Shown: positions 8,687 to 17,587, numbered from the stretch's first letter. The stretch: DNA of 46,044 nt from Candidatus Thorarchaeota archaeon (GCA_011364905.1 RDNZ01000023.1:1-46044), one strand, 5' to 3'. Made by a program: numbers and translations. Notes: a model not told the origin generated them from the sequence alone.

Positions 8687-9634
8687 TTATAGTCCTCCTA
8701 TGAAGCTTGGACCACTCTCATCCTCATCCTCGCTGGGTGTGAAATCTTCATCATCAGCTGTGAGAATCATATACACTCTAGTTAGGCCAATTGACATACC
8801 AGGCAGGAAGATTAGTGCCAAAAAGAAGCCCATGATGACTGCATAGATAGCGATTGAAATCATTATGGCATTGAAACCAATCCAAAGACCGGGGATAGCC
8901 ATAATGAACAATGGCAATATTAGAGCCGTTAGAATGATTATGTATGAAAGCCATACTCCAAACACGCGGTCGAAATATTGGATGCTCATTCTGACCGACT
9001 TCTTTGTTGCGTCAATGACGGAATAGCCATCAATGATAGCTGGAAACAGCATAGTCATCATGCCTGTACTCAATAATAGCCAGATCATACCGAGAGCTGA
9101 AATGAATGGATTCATTGTTGACGATGGGCCAAAGAAGGCAATATTGAGTATCTGATCTCCAAACAAGGCTACAGAAGCTAAGATCACTAGCATGATTGGC
9201 CCCAAGATGAATAGGAACAGCATTATGCCGCCGCCTGCCAGTGAGAAGAATTTCTTTTTGTACCATGTGAAAACACCCTCAGCTGAGGTACCTTCGCTCT
9301 CCACAATCTCACGACTCATCCCGAAGAGCGCGCCAATAGCTACGAAGAATGGAGCTACAAATGGGAGCGCAATCAAGAAGATACCAGTGGCGATTGTCGC
9401 ACCGCTTGCCGCATTCCATTCAGCAAGCGAGTCAGCCCAAGCAGTAAAGACTTGGAAGCCTTGAGGCGATAGGAAGATAGGTACAAAGACGAATGCAGCA
9501 ACTAGAGCAATCAGAAGGACGGTAACTATGACAACTCCGATTATCGCAAGCACATAGCTTATCACATTTTTCAATGCAAACCTGATGCTGATCTTCAGAT
9601 CATCAAGAATCGTTTGAAAGCTCGCGTTTTTCAT
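8687..9634 (-). CDS. Multi-pass membrane protein of unknown function (paralog of 9712-10626)
   Basis: About 6 TM segments; shares motifs with its neighbour; GAGGTG RBS. Confidence 0.8.
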   Translation of the reverse strand: MKNASFQTILDDLKISIRFALKNVISYVLAIIGVVIVTVLLIALVAAFVFVPIFLSPQGFQVFTAWADSLAEWNAASGATIATGIFLIALPFVAPFFVAIGALFGMSREIVESEGTSAEGVFTWYKKKFFSLAGGGIMLFLFILGPIMLVILASVALFGDQILNIAFFGPSSTMNPFISALGMIWLLLSTGMMTMLFPAIIDGYSVIDATKKSVRMSIQYFDRVFGVWLSYIIILTALILPLFIMAIPGLWIGFNAIMISIAIYAVIMGFFLALIFLPGMSIGLTRVYMILTADDEDFTPSEDEDESGPSFIGGL

Positions 9635-9660
9635 CGTTTTTCACACCTCGAAAGATAGGA

Positions 9661-9698
9661 GGAGAGTGTCTTGAAAGTTGTTATTCAAGGCACCCTCC
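9661..9698 (-). other. Intercistronic 15-bp stem-loop
   Basis: Minus strand GGAGGGTGCCTTGAA-(8 nt)-TTCAAGACACTCTCC; 14/15 positions pair, counting one G-U. Confidence 0.7.
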
Positions 9699-9711
9699 AA
9701 GTTCATTGCAC

Positions 9712-10626
9712 TTAGACAATGGGCACGTCAACAACACTCTGTGTTGCGATCTCACCACCAGTGAGTTCCTGGTAGACCCGAACCCAAGCAATCCTTACCA
9801 TGGGCAAGAATAGTAAGAGCCAGAGAAAGACCATGACCACTGTGTAGAGCCCAACACCAGCAAGTATTGGGAGAAATGCCGAAGTGACTGTGACTGGTGG
9901 CAAAGTCAAAGCAATGGCAACACCTGCAACAATCATCGGACCGAATGTGATGGCGATCAGAAGCACAATGGCAGTTAGTACACCGTATACACGGTCAAAG
10001 TACTGACGGGATAGAGAGAATGACTCCTTGAAGGCAGCTTGGATTCCTTTCCCACTAACTACAGCAGGCCAGACCAGAGAAGTCAGACCAGCAGTCAGGT
10101 ATACCCACACGAATGTGAATGCTGTGAGGAGATAGTTGGTTGGCGCGGTAATGGTATAACCCATCGCATAGGATGTGAGCCCCCAAGCAAGAACAGGAGG
10201 CAGCACAACAATGATTGTGAGAATGGCACCAGCACCGGCAAAGGAGAGGAACTTATGACGGAAATAGGAGAATGCTAGTTCAGCCTTGGTTTCGCCCTTG
10301 GTCACTAGATCGTGGCTCATTCCATAGATAGATCCACTGACAACCATGAACAGTGAAGCTACTGGGATCAGTATAAGCACACCAAGCCCTCCAATAACGA
10401 GTGGATTGGCAATTGCCCACTGAGCCAGAGCTGTCATCTGGACTTCTGAGAGTGGCGCGAGTACAGCCCATGCCACGAGAGCAATGGGGATTAAGATGAT
10501 TCCGGCAAGAATCACCATGACAATCAACATTCCTAGGTTCGCAAGGAAGTAGCTAAGCATGCTTTTCCAAGCGAGCTTGGCGCTTGTTTTCATGTCATTG
10601 AGAATGGTTCCGAAAGTTGTAGACAT
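9712..10626 (-). CDS. Multi-pass membrane protein of unknown function (paralog of 8687-9634)
   Basis: About 6 TM segments; start reassigned to ATG 10626 (GGTGA RBS; aligns with the paralog N-terminus F-x-TIL-x-D-x-K-x-S). Confidence 0.8.
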   Translation of the reverse strand: MSTTFGTILNDMKTSAKLAWKSMLSYFLANLGMLIVMVILAGIILIPIALVAWAVLAPLSEVQMTALAQWAIANPLVIGGLGVLILIPVASLFMVVSGSIYGMSHDLVTKGETKAELAFSYFRHKFLSFAGAGAILTIIVVLPPVLAWGLTSYAMGYTITAPTNYLLTAFTFVWVYLTAGLTSLVWPAVVSGKGIQAAFKESFSLSRQYFDRVYGVLTAIVLLIAITFGPMIVAGVAIALTLPPVTVTSAFLPILAGVGLYTVVMVFLWLLLFLPMVRIAWVRVYQELTGGEIATQSVVDVPIV

Positions 10627-10649
10627 TGTATTCACCATATTATTGTCGG

Positions 10650-10740
10650 CAAACGTTAGGCTTGTTACCTGCCAAACGTTTGACACATATCAAACTATAA
10701 CACATTTGCTTATAAATTGTTTGGTGAACGCCAAACGTTA
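10650..10740 (-). promoter_or_regulatory. Archaeal promoter (TTTATAA at 10710-10716) flanked by three CAAACGTT operator-like sites
   Basis: CAAACGTTA 10650-10658, perfect palindrome CAAACGTTTG 10673-10682, CAAACGTTA 10732-10740. Confidence 0.6.
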
Positions 10741-10778
10741 CAATAACCATCAAACATAGGCTGATAATTGTTTGAGGT

Positions 10779-11678
10779 TTACCTTTCTTTTATCATCTGG
10801 AGGAGCTTGTTGTATCGGTAGCCTGCGAAATACTGGTGATGGCCAGCAATCAGAGACTTCACACTTGTGACGTGCTTGTTCCTTCGAATCGACCGAACAG
10901 TCTTGATGATCTCAGTTATGTCATCAGCAAAGAGAAGAGCATAAATCACCGGCTCCAAAGCAGACGCGTAGGTCTCCCAGTGTTGAAGCGGATAGTCCGT
11001 TTCCAACCAATCAGAGATAGTGGAATGAGTTGCATTCTTTTCATTCCAAGTTATTCGGACAATGAAGGGTAGGCTTGAAGCTGCCCCAAGTTCAATCAAA
11101 GCATTGAAACGAATCGCTCTATGTTCTTCGAACTCTCCGAGCAAGCGCCTTACTCGACGTGCAGTAAGACCGGTTCTCTGAGCAATGTCAACAATTGAAA
11201 GTCGTGGGTCTTCTAGAAGGGGCTCTAGGACTCGTAGATGAGTCTTTGTCAGGTTCATTTTCGGCCCCCAACCTCCGATGATGGTATGTAGCTCCGCCTC
11301 CACCACACTGTCAAGAGCACGAAGAAAAGCTCCTACCTCATGTAGTTCTTCTGGTCCTTGGTATTCGGCTACAAGTGCGTATATCCCATTGGTGTATGAT
11401 GCTGCAGCAATTACTTGCTTGCTTGACCCGATTGCATCAACCATCTCCATTTCATCACGCGAACCGTCTGTCGAAAGGAGCCCAAAGAGTAGTTCCGTAC
11501 CAGTCATTGCAGGAGGGAGAGAGATAGAATAACCTGAGATAACTCCGGCCTCCTCTAGATTCAAAATCCTGCGTCGAATCGCATTGGCCGAGATGCCATA
11601 TTTCCGCGAGAGTTCTTGGTAACTTACTCTGCAGTTCCGTCGTAGGTCCATCAGAATCTTTCTATCCAGCTCATCCAA
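10779..11678 (-). CDS. Lrp/AsnC family regulator with two tandem HTH+RAM units
   Basis: MDELDRKIL..L..NCRVSYQEL...RRRI..LEEAGVI and a second unit LTKTHLRVL..L.EDPRLSIVDIA. Confidence 0.85.
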   Translation of the reverse strand: MDELDRKILMDLRRNCRVSYQELSRKYGISANAIRRRILNLEEAGVISGYSISLPPAMTGTELLFGLLSTDGSRDEMEMVDAIGSSKQVIAAASYTNGIYALVAEYQGPEELHEVGAFLRALDSVVEAELHTIIGGWGPKMNLTKTHLRVLEPLLEDPRLSIVDIAQRTGLTARRVRRLLGEFEEHRAIRFNALIELGAASSLPFIVRITWNEKNATHSTISDWLETDYPLQHWETYASALEPVIYALLFADDITEIIKTVRSIRRNKHVTSVKSLIAGHHQYFAGYRYNKLLQMIKER

Positions 11679-11769
11679 AACCTTCGCAACCCCGCAAGCT
11701 TGGTGAGTCCTAGTGGTCGTGTTGGCTCAATTTATGCGTTCCTAACTTAGCGATGAAACTGGGATAGAA

Positions 11770-13020
11770 CTATGCAACTGCCTGACGAACATGGCTAAGG
11801 ATTGCTCGTCCTGTTGCAAATTTCTGCACCTTTTTCCTACGTGCATCATACACAACCTTCTCAACCGATATATCGTGATTGATTTCATTCAGCGCGTTAT
11901 TAATCTTGGAGAGCATTGATGCTGGCACATATCGTTTGACCCCCAAGACGGATAGAATCTTATTGCCGTAGCTTGTAAGCCAAAGTGGAAGAAGGTCGAC
12001 CTTCCCTGACCTGTCAAATAAGACCACATCCTGCATCTCTGCATCTCTGCGAGAGAGAACAGCAGGCAGAAGAACACTTCCGGGGGTTGTAGATAGCAGG
12101 TCCAAGTTGAAATACAGCGTACTTCCGCCCCGGGTTAGTTGGGCGTCTAATAGATTCACCATCTTGGAATATAGCTGTAGCCGGCCAGTTTCATAACTGC
12201 CGCTCAAGGGAAGAAGTCGGACAATATCATAAATCGGACCATCATAGCATGCAAGCTCTCGCATTGCAAAGGCCTCGAGAAGTACTCCTTGAGCTGCAAA
12301 CTCGGTCGCGGTTGGAAGTTTCTTTGCCAATGCCAAGAGATGTTTTTTCACCAGTTTCCACCCAAACTTAGAAACGAGGTCTTTGTAGGATTTGGGAACA
12401 AAGTCGATTTCCGCGTCCTTGTCATAGAGCCAGTCTGGAACCAAATTAGCCACCCGGTTTGTAAAGAATGCGAAAAGCGAGTCGTTAAGGTTCGGAGGTC
12501 GGTTGCTCATGAAGGAATCAATTACTACTTTTGGCCTGGGGCCTTGATGAGTGAGCTGAATTACTGCTGTCGTCAGGTGCTCTAGTTGATAAAGAGGAGC
12601 AATGTTGATTCTTCGAAATTGATTCTCCTGTAAGTAGAGATACACCAGTTCTTCGCACCCTGCAAGTGGTGTCAAATCGAGCTCTCTGAATCTATTGTGG
12701 GATAGATCAAGATGTTTCAGGTGCTTGCAGCTTTGAAGTGGTGTAAGGTCAACTGTTTCAAGTTTGTTCACTCCAAGACTTAGATACTCAAGGTCCTTGC
12801 AGGACTCCAGAGGAGTAAGGTCTACCTCTGTCAACCAGTTTGAGCTGATATCAATCCTGACAGGTTGGTCTATTTCCTCAACCCACTTCAGATCTGATTT
12901 CCGTTCGAAAAACTCACTGCCATTATCAGCAAAAGTCTTGAAAATAAAGTGATAATTCTTGGCTGGCGCCTTGGCACACCGTACAACGAGCATATACTTG
13001 TCTGACAACTCACCCACCAC
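11770..13020 (-). CDS. Leucine-rich repeat protein
   Basis: About four 23-aa repeats LxxLxLxxNxL/FxxV/LDLTPL, then a helical C-terminal region. Confidence 0.85.
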   Translation of the reverse strand: MVGELSDKYMLVVRCAKAPAKNYHFIFKTFADNGSEFFERKSDLKWVEEIDQPVRIDISSNWLTEVDLTPLESCKDLEYLSLGVNKLETVDLTPLQSCKHLKHLDLSHNRFRELDLTPLAGCEELVYLYLQENQFRRINIAPLYQLEHLTTAVIQLTHQGPRPKVVIDSFMSNRPPNLNDSLFAFFTNRVANLVPDWLYDKDAEIDFVPKSYKDLVSKFGWKLVKKHLLALAKKLPTATEFAAQGVLLEAFAMRELACYDGPIYDIVRLLPLSGSYETGRLQLYSKMVNLLDAQLTRGGSTLYFNLDLLSTTPGSVLLPAVLSRRDAEMQDVVLFDRSGKVDLLPLWLTSYGNKILSVLGVKRYVPASMLSKINNALNEINHDISVEKVVYDARRKKVQKFATGRAILSHVRQAVA

Positions 13021-13093
13021 TTCTAGAATTTAATCAAGTCACCGTGTATATTAGCACCTCCAAAAGCATGCACCGAGAAAACTAAATTGAGAA

Positions 13094-13768
13094 ATGAATG
13101 ATAATTGCAAAATGACTAGCGTCCTTGAGGATTTACATATCCATTCAAACTATTCCGACGGAGTGTCCAGTGTCGAGGAAATCGTAAAGAGAGCTGCTAC
13201 TCTCAAACTCAAAACCATTGCAATCGCAGACCACTTTTGGCCTTCGTTGGGATCAAAAAAGAGTGGGAGAAACATAATCGATCAGCGACGCCATGAAATA
13301 CAAACCTGTCGAGCTGACTTCCCGGGACTATCAATTCTTGATGCAGCAGAGGTCGATATCCAGTCAAATGGGCAGCTTGCGCCTGTTGCAGGAGGGCTTG
13401 AGCAGTTTGATCTGGTCATAGGTTCATTTCACTGGTACACAGATTCAGTGAGATGGTCATCATCATTGGTCCAAGCTTTGAGAAGAAGGGAGTTTCAAAT
13501 CCTAGGTCACTGGGATGGATATCTCTCTTCATATCGGGAAGAGGACGGAAGGATTGCAGCAGAGGCACTTGCAGATGCTGGAGTCGCAATCGAATTGAAT
13601 GGGAGATACTCTGTTGAGTATGTTGAATTCTTGGAATTGGCAAAGGCGTCTGGGTGTGTCTTCACTCTTGGCAGTGATTCGCATTATGTGGACACAGTTG
13701 GAGACCTAGAATTTCAGGAACAACTGGCATCAAGCATGGGTTTGGACATAAAGAGAATCAATAAATGA
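13094..13768 (+). CDS. PHP domain metallo-phosphoesterase
   Basis: [19 protein letters not shown] and GSDSH metal-binding motifs. Confidence 0.9.
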   Translation: MNDNCKMTSVLEDLHIHSNYSDGVSSVEEIVKRAATLKLKTIAIADHFWPSLGSKKSGRNIIDQRRHEIQTCRADFPGLSILDAAEVDIQSNGQLAPVAGGLEQFDLVIGSFHWYTDSVRWSSSLVQALRRREFQILGHWDGYLSSYREEDGRIAAEALADAGVAIELNGRYSVEYVEFLELAKASGCVFTLGSDSHYVDTVGDLEFQEQLASSMGLDIKRINK

Positions 13769-13826
13769 ACGAAGCCAGAAGCCTTTTCTTTCGCGATTTC
13801 TAGTGAAATATTATTGGAGATGATTA

Positions 13827-14246
13827 ATGATGGCTAAAGAATTCACTTTCCCATCAGAAGAATGGATTGAAAACTACATGGAATTCCTGAATAACAACGA
13901 CCGCTATGAGGACGCTGCAAAGACCTGGGAGGGAGACTTCGTCTTTGAGATTACTGCCGATGGAGAAACAGTCACAGAGCCAATTCGGTTCTACATGGAC
14001 CTCTGGCATGGAAAGTGTAGAGAAGCCAGAATGGCTGGACCTGAAGACACAGCAGAGTTCACATATTCGGGGCCATATAAAAACTGGAAACTCTTGTTTG
14101 ATGGGAAGATTGATCCAATCAAAGGAATCATGGCTCGAAAGTTCAAGCTAGATGGCGACATGGGTAAGGTAATGCGCTATACCAAAGCAGCTCTCGAGCT
14201 TGTAGCCACAACAAGACAAGTCCCCACGAAGTATCTTGATGAATAA
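13827..14246 (+). CDS. SCP2 sterol/lipid-binding domain protein
   Basis: FPSEEW, GKIDPIKGIMARKFKLDGDM typical of SCP2. Confidence 0.85.
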   Translation: MMAKEFTFPSEEWIENYMEFLNNNDRYEDAAKTWEGDFVFEITADGETVTEPIRFYMDLWHGKCREARMAGPEDTAEFTYSGPYKNWKLLFDGKIDPIKGIMARKFKLDGDMGKVMRYTKAALELVATTRQVPTKYLDE

Positions 14247-14291
14247 GGAAGAGCCGGAGTAGTTCTCTGGCATCGGGAGAGCCACACTGAA

Positions 14292-15341
14292 ATGCGGTGG
14301 AGAAAGAGTGGTTCAAAGAAACAACAAGGTCCGGGTTGCGCAGTCTGGGAAATAACACTAGCATGTAATTTGAACTGCATACACTGCGGCTCTGCGGCTG
14401 GGAAGAAACGTCCTGATGAACTCTCTACAAAAGAGGCGTTATTTCTCTGTGAATCTTTGAAAGAGATAGACTGCAAAGGGGTAGCTCTTATGGGTGGAGA
14501 ACCTCTTCTCAGGCCCGATTGGGCGGATATCTCAAGACGAGTTCATGAGTTGGGAATGGAACTCTCCATCATCACAAATGGATGGCTGGGTCAGGATAAG
14601 CGGATAACACAGCAAATCCTTGATCTTTCACCTGAATGTGTCACAGTTAGCCTGGATGGAGCAGACCCACTGGTTCACGATATGATTAGAGGTGTTGATG
14701 GTTCCTTTGACCGAGCGATAAAGGCGCTAAGACACTATGCCTCACTTGGAATTCCTACAACGGCAATCACTACAGTTCACAAGCTGAATCTAAAGGACCT
14801 AGTGAAGATTCGTGATTTGCTTAGGGGCCTGGGAGTGGCTTGGCAGATTCAAATGGCGACTCCCTTTGGAAGACTGGAACGTAAACATGTTCTCAGTCTC
14901 GAGGAGTACTATTCCGTTGCAATGTTCATTGCATCAACAAGAAAACTGTACTCGAAAGAATTGCTGGTAGCTGGAGCTCATGATATGGGGTATTTCTCAA
15001 ATATACTTCCGGATCTTCAAGTGAAAGGATGGGAGGGGTGTCAAGCAGGGATTTCAACTTTGGGAATTCAAAGCAATGGAAACATCCTTGGATGCCTTGC
15101 ACTTGGTGATGACTTCATTGAGGGTAATGTAAAGGAACGACCTCTACAGAAAATCTGGAACGATGAATCGTCCTTTCGGTATTCTCGGCATTACAAGAAA
15201 GAGGATATGAAAGTGCATTGTAGCAGATGTAAATACTGGAAACAGTGTGGCGGAGGTTGTTCGGCCGTTTCATACAGCATGACTGGTGATCTCCATCAGG
15301 ACCCCTATTGCGCCCGGCATATCGAGGAGATGATGAGGTAG
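14292..15341 (+). CDS. Radical SAM/SPASM domain protein (splicease-like peptide maturase candidate)
   Basis: WEITLACNLNCIHCGS (CxxxCxxC), GGEP, SPASM Cys set GCQAG...GC...CxxC-x5-C-x3-C...PYC. Confidence 0.9.
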   Translation: MRWRKSGSKKQQGPGCAVWEITLACNLNCIHCGSAAGKKRPDELSTKEALFLCESLKEIDCKGVALMGGEPLLRPDWADISRRVHELGMELSIITNGWLGQDKRITQQILDLSPECVTVSLDGADPLVHDMIRGVDGSFDRAIKALRHYASLGIPTTAITTVHKLNLKDLVKIRDLLRGLGVAWQIQMATPFGRLERKHVLSLEEYYSVAMFIASTRKLYSKELLVAGAHDMGYFSNILPDLQVKGWEGCQAGISTLGIQSNGNILGCLALGDDFIEGNVKERPLQKIWNDESSFRYSRHYKKEDMKVHCSRCKYWKQCGGGCSAVSYSMTGDLHQDPYCARHIEEMMR

Positions 15342-15498
15342 GAGATGCTGTGAATCAAAAGTTTTTAACAAAATGCTCCTAGGTTGTCATCTGTGGGTGA
15401 AGCTAATGCGGTGGAGTAGTTTTAGTAGCGTACATTATTGGTATATGAAAACGCGAAGTAGCCTACCTGCAAGATTGCGTAATTCTACAGATGGCGTT

Positions 15499-15810
15499 AT
15501 GTTATCAAAGAATTTCACAGACTATCAGATTGACAAATTAGAAAATTTGGGCAAATCCATTGGAATGAAGAGAAGTGACATAATAGCAGCAACCAACCTT
15601 CCAATTGACCATATCAATATGGGTGGGGGGAGAAGAGCCACTCTATTCGGAGTTCTAGTTTGTATCATCGTTTTGGCCTGTGTTACCTTTGTAGTCGCAT
15701 TACTCATGAGCAATCCGCAAATCTTGGGCCCTACACCCACTTACACGTACGCGCCAGGCTCGCGTTATGGTAGTATCAGTCCTAATGATTTCAAGAGTAG
15801 TACGTCTTGA
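15499..15810 (+). CDS. Small single-TM protein with C-terminal YG motif (paralog 1)
   Basis: Clear similarity to the next ORF; start chosen at ATG 15499 (earlier in-frame ATGs exist). Confidence 0.7.
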   Translation: MLSKNFTDYQIDKLENLGKSIGMKRSDIIAATNLPIDHINMGGGRRATLFGVLVCIIVLACVTFVVALLMSNPQILGPTPTYTYAPGSRYGSISPNDFKSSTS

Positions 15811-15933
15811 CTACTCCCAGCAGTTTTATCTGAAAAAAGATACAATATTAATCGGTGAGTGGGTTTGAAGATACTTGACATTCAGCTTTTGTGGTTGAAA
15901 TTGGGGCTTCTCAGACCATATCTGCCCAAACAA

Positions 15934-16251
15934 ATGTTCTCGTACTTCAAACGAACAGTACAGAGACCAAGCCCAACACCGAAACAACTAGGCGAACTCA
16001 CAAAACTTGGAGAATCAATAGGGCTTGCGAGAAACGAGGTCATCGCAGCAATCGATGCCCCCTTGGCGGAGCAAGGATCCTCAGGTAGCGGGCGCAAACC
16101 GATGATGATAACCCTCATACTTGTCGCCACAGCTATTGCAGTTTGGAGTCTCTTCATCTGGTATGTTGTGAGCCCAGAAACATTCCCAATTCCTACATAC
16201 AGGTATGGAACATTATATGGAACAATAAAGCCTCAAGACTTTTCGAGTTGA
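15934..16251 (+). CDS. Small single-TM protein with two C-terminal YG motifs (paralog 2)
   Basis: Shares L-x-x-LG-x-SIG-x-x-R-x-x-x-IAA and PTY..YG.I.P.DF with the previous ORF; start chosen at ATG 15934. Confidence 0.7.
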   Translation: MFSYFKRTVQRPSPTPKQLGELTKLGESIGLARNEVIAAIDAPLAEQGSSGSGRKPMMITLILVATAIAVWSLFIWYVVSPETFPIPTYRYGTLYGTIKPQDFSS

Positions 16252-16285
16252 AGTTCCACATGTTAATTGACTAAGGTGTAGAAAC

Positions 16286-17587
16286 ATGAAACTCAATATT
16301 GGCTGTGGTCTCGTATACAGGAAAGGGTACGTCAATATTGATGCTTACGACAATACTGTAGCAGATAGGAAAATGTCAGCCATGAGTCTTGGTTTTGACA
16401 ACGACACTTTTACTCAAGTTGATTGTATTCATGTACTTGAACATCTGGGAGCTGCAAAGAGCATCTATGCATTGAGTGAGATTTACCGGGTGTTGAAGCC
16501 AAATGGCATCTTTCTTTTGGAAACGCCTGACTTAGTAAACTCGTTCAAGTCCTTTGTCAAAGGAAAAGAAAAAGACAGAAAGTTGCTCATGAATTGGATC
16601 TATGGGCTTGATTCGCCGGGCATGTCGCACAGATATGGATTCCCAAGAGTGCTCATGAAACGTATGTTGGAAGAGACAGGATTCACTGATCTTGAGATTA
16701 AAAACGTCAACCCGAAATCCGTACATCCCTCAATTCGCGTCACATGCAGAAAGCTTGAGTCTGCTGTTTATCAAACAATCAGTGAGTTTCGGAGAAAGCT
16801 TGTTGAAGAAAAGGCTGTGGACCTGGACAATCAGGTAGAGACAATAGAAAAAGAAGGACTCATTCGAGGCTTGATTGAATTGACCCTTGGCGCAGACTCA
16901 ATGCTTGATGATAGCTACCTGACGAAAATGCTTGAATCTTCAGCGGTCGTCGCGCCAAAAGTGGGAGAGTTCTTCCTGAATTGTCTATATAATAACAAGT
17001 TATTATCAAGTACCAGGGTGAATGAGTTTCGAGGGATATTGGAGAAGCTGGATTCGGTAAACTTTGCAAAAGTACTAACTCTACTCTTCTATAAAATGCC
17101 TGTAAACCCAGGATTCCAAGATGAGTCATTTGATACAGTGGTCAAAGTTGCAGGGCAATTGATTAGAAAAGTGATTAGAGGAGAAGCTGAAGCGCTTAGC
17201 AAAATCGAGAATATAGCGGAAAAAACGGATGATGTTGGACACATTGGCTATTTTTCAAAAACAGCGCTCGAGATTCTTTCAAACGAAAAAGTGGCACTTG
17301 GTCTCAAAGCCTTTGGATTGGATCGACTTGATGAATCAGCTAGGCTGTTTCAAGATGCTGTGAAATTGAACCACGATTCGATAATCTCCTTCTGGAACCT
17401 AGCCAGATTAAATGTATTGAAGCGGAATGATGAGAAAATGGCTCAGAATTATGCAGCTGTGTGGAAAATCCTTGAACTCAAGTATCCAAGGCGCCATCAA
17501 ATTTACACAAAGAAGCTGGAGGAGGAACAAAGACTTGCCGCTTTGGGCAAGCATAGTATTTTCTCTGAACCAATATACTCACTATAG
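16286..17587 (+). CDS. Class I SAM-dependent methyltransferase (Methyltransf_11-like) with helical/TPR-like C-terminus
   Basis: KLNIGCG, NID, HVLEHL, EIYRVLKPNG; TPR-like ALGLKAF...A..LFQDAVKLN. Confidence 0.8.
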   Translation: MKLNIGCGLVYRKGYVNIDAYDNTVADRKMSAMSLGFDNDTFTQVDCIHVLEHLGAAKSIYALSEIYRVLKPNGIFLLETPDLVNSFKSFVKGKEKDRKLLMNWIYGLDSPGMSHRYGFPRVLMKRMLEETGFTDLEIKNVNPKSVHPSIRVTCRKLESAVYQTISEFRRKLVEEKAVDLDNQVETIEKEGLIRGLIELTLGADSMLDDSYLTKMLESSAVVAPKVGEFFLNCLYNNKLLSSTRVNEFRGILEKLDSVNFAKVLTLLFYKMPVNPGFQDESFDTVVKVAGQLIRKVIRGEAEALSKIENIAEKTDDVGHIGYFSKTALEILSNEKVALGLKAFGLDRLDESARLFQDAVKLNHDSIISFWNLARLNVLKRNDEKMAQNYAAVWKILELKYPRRHQIYTKKLEEEQRLAALGKHSIFSEPIYSL

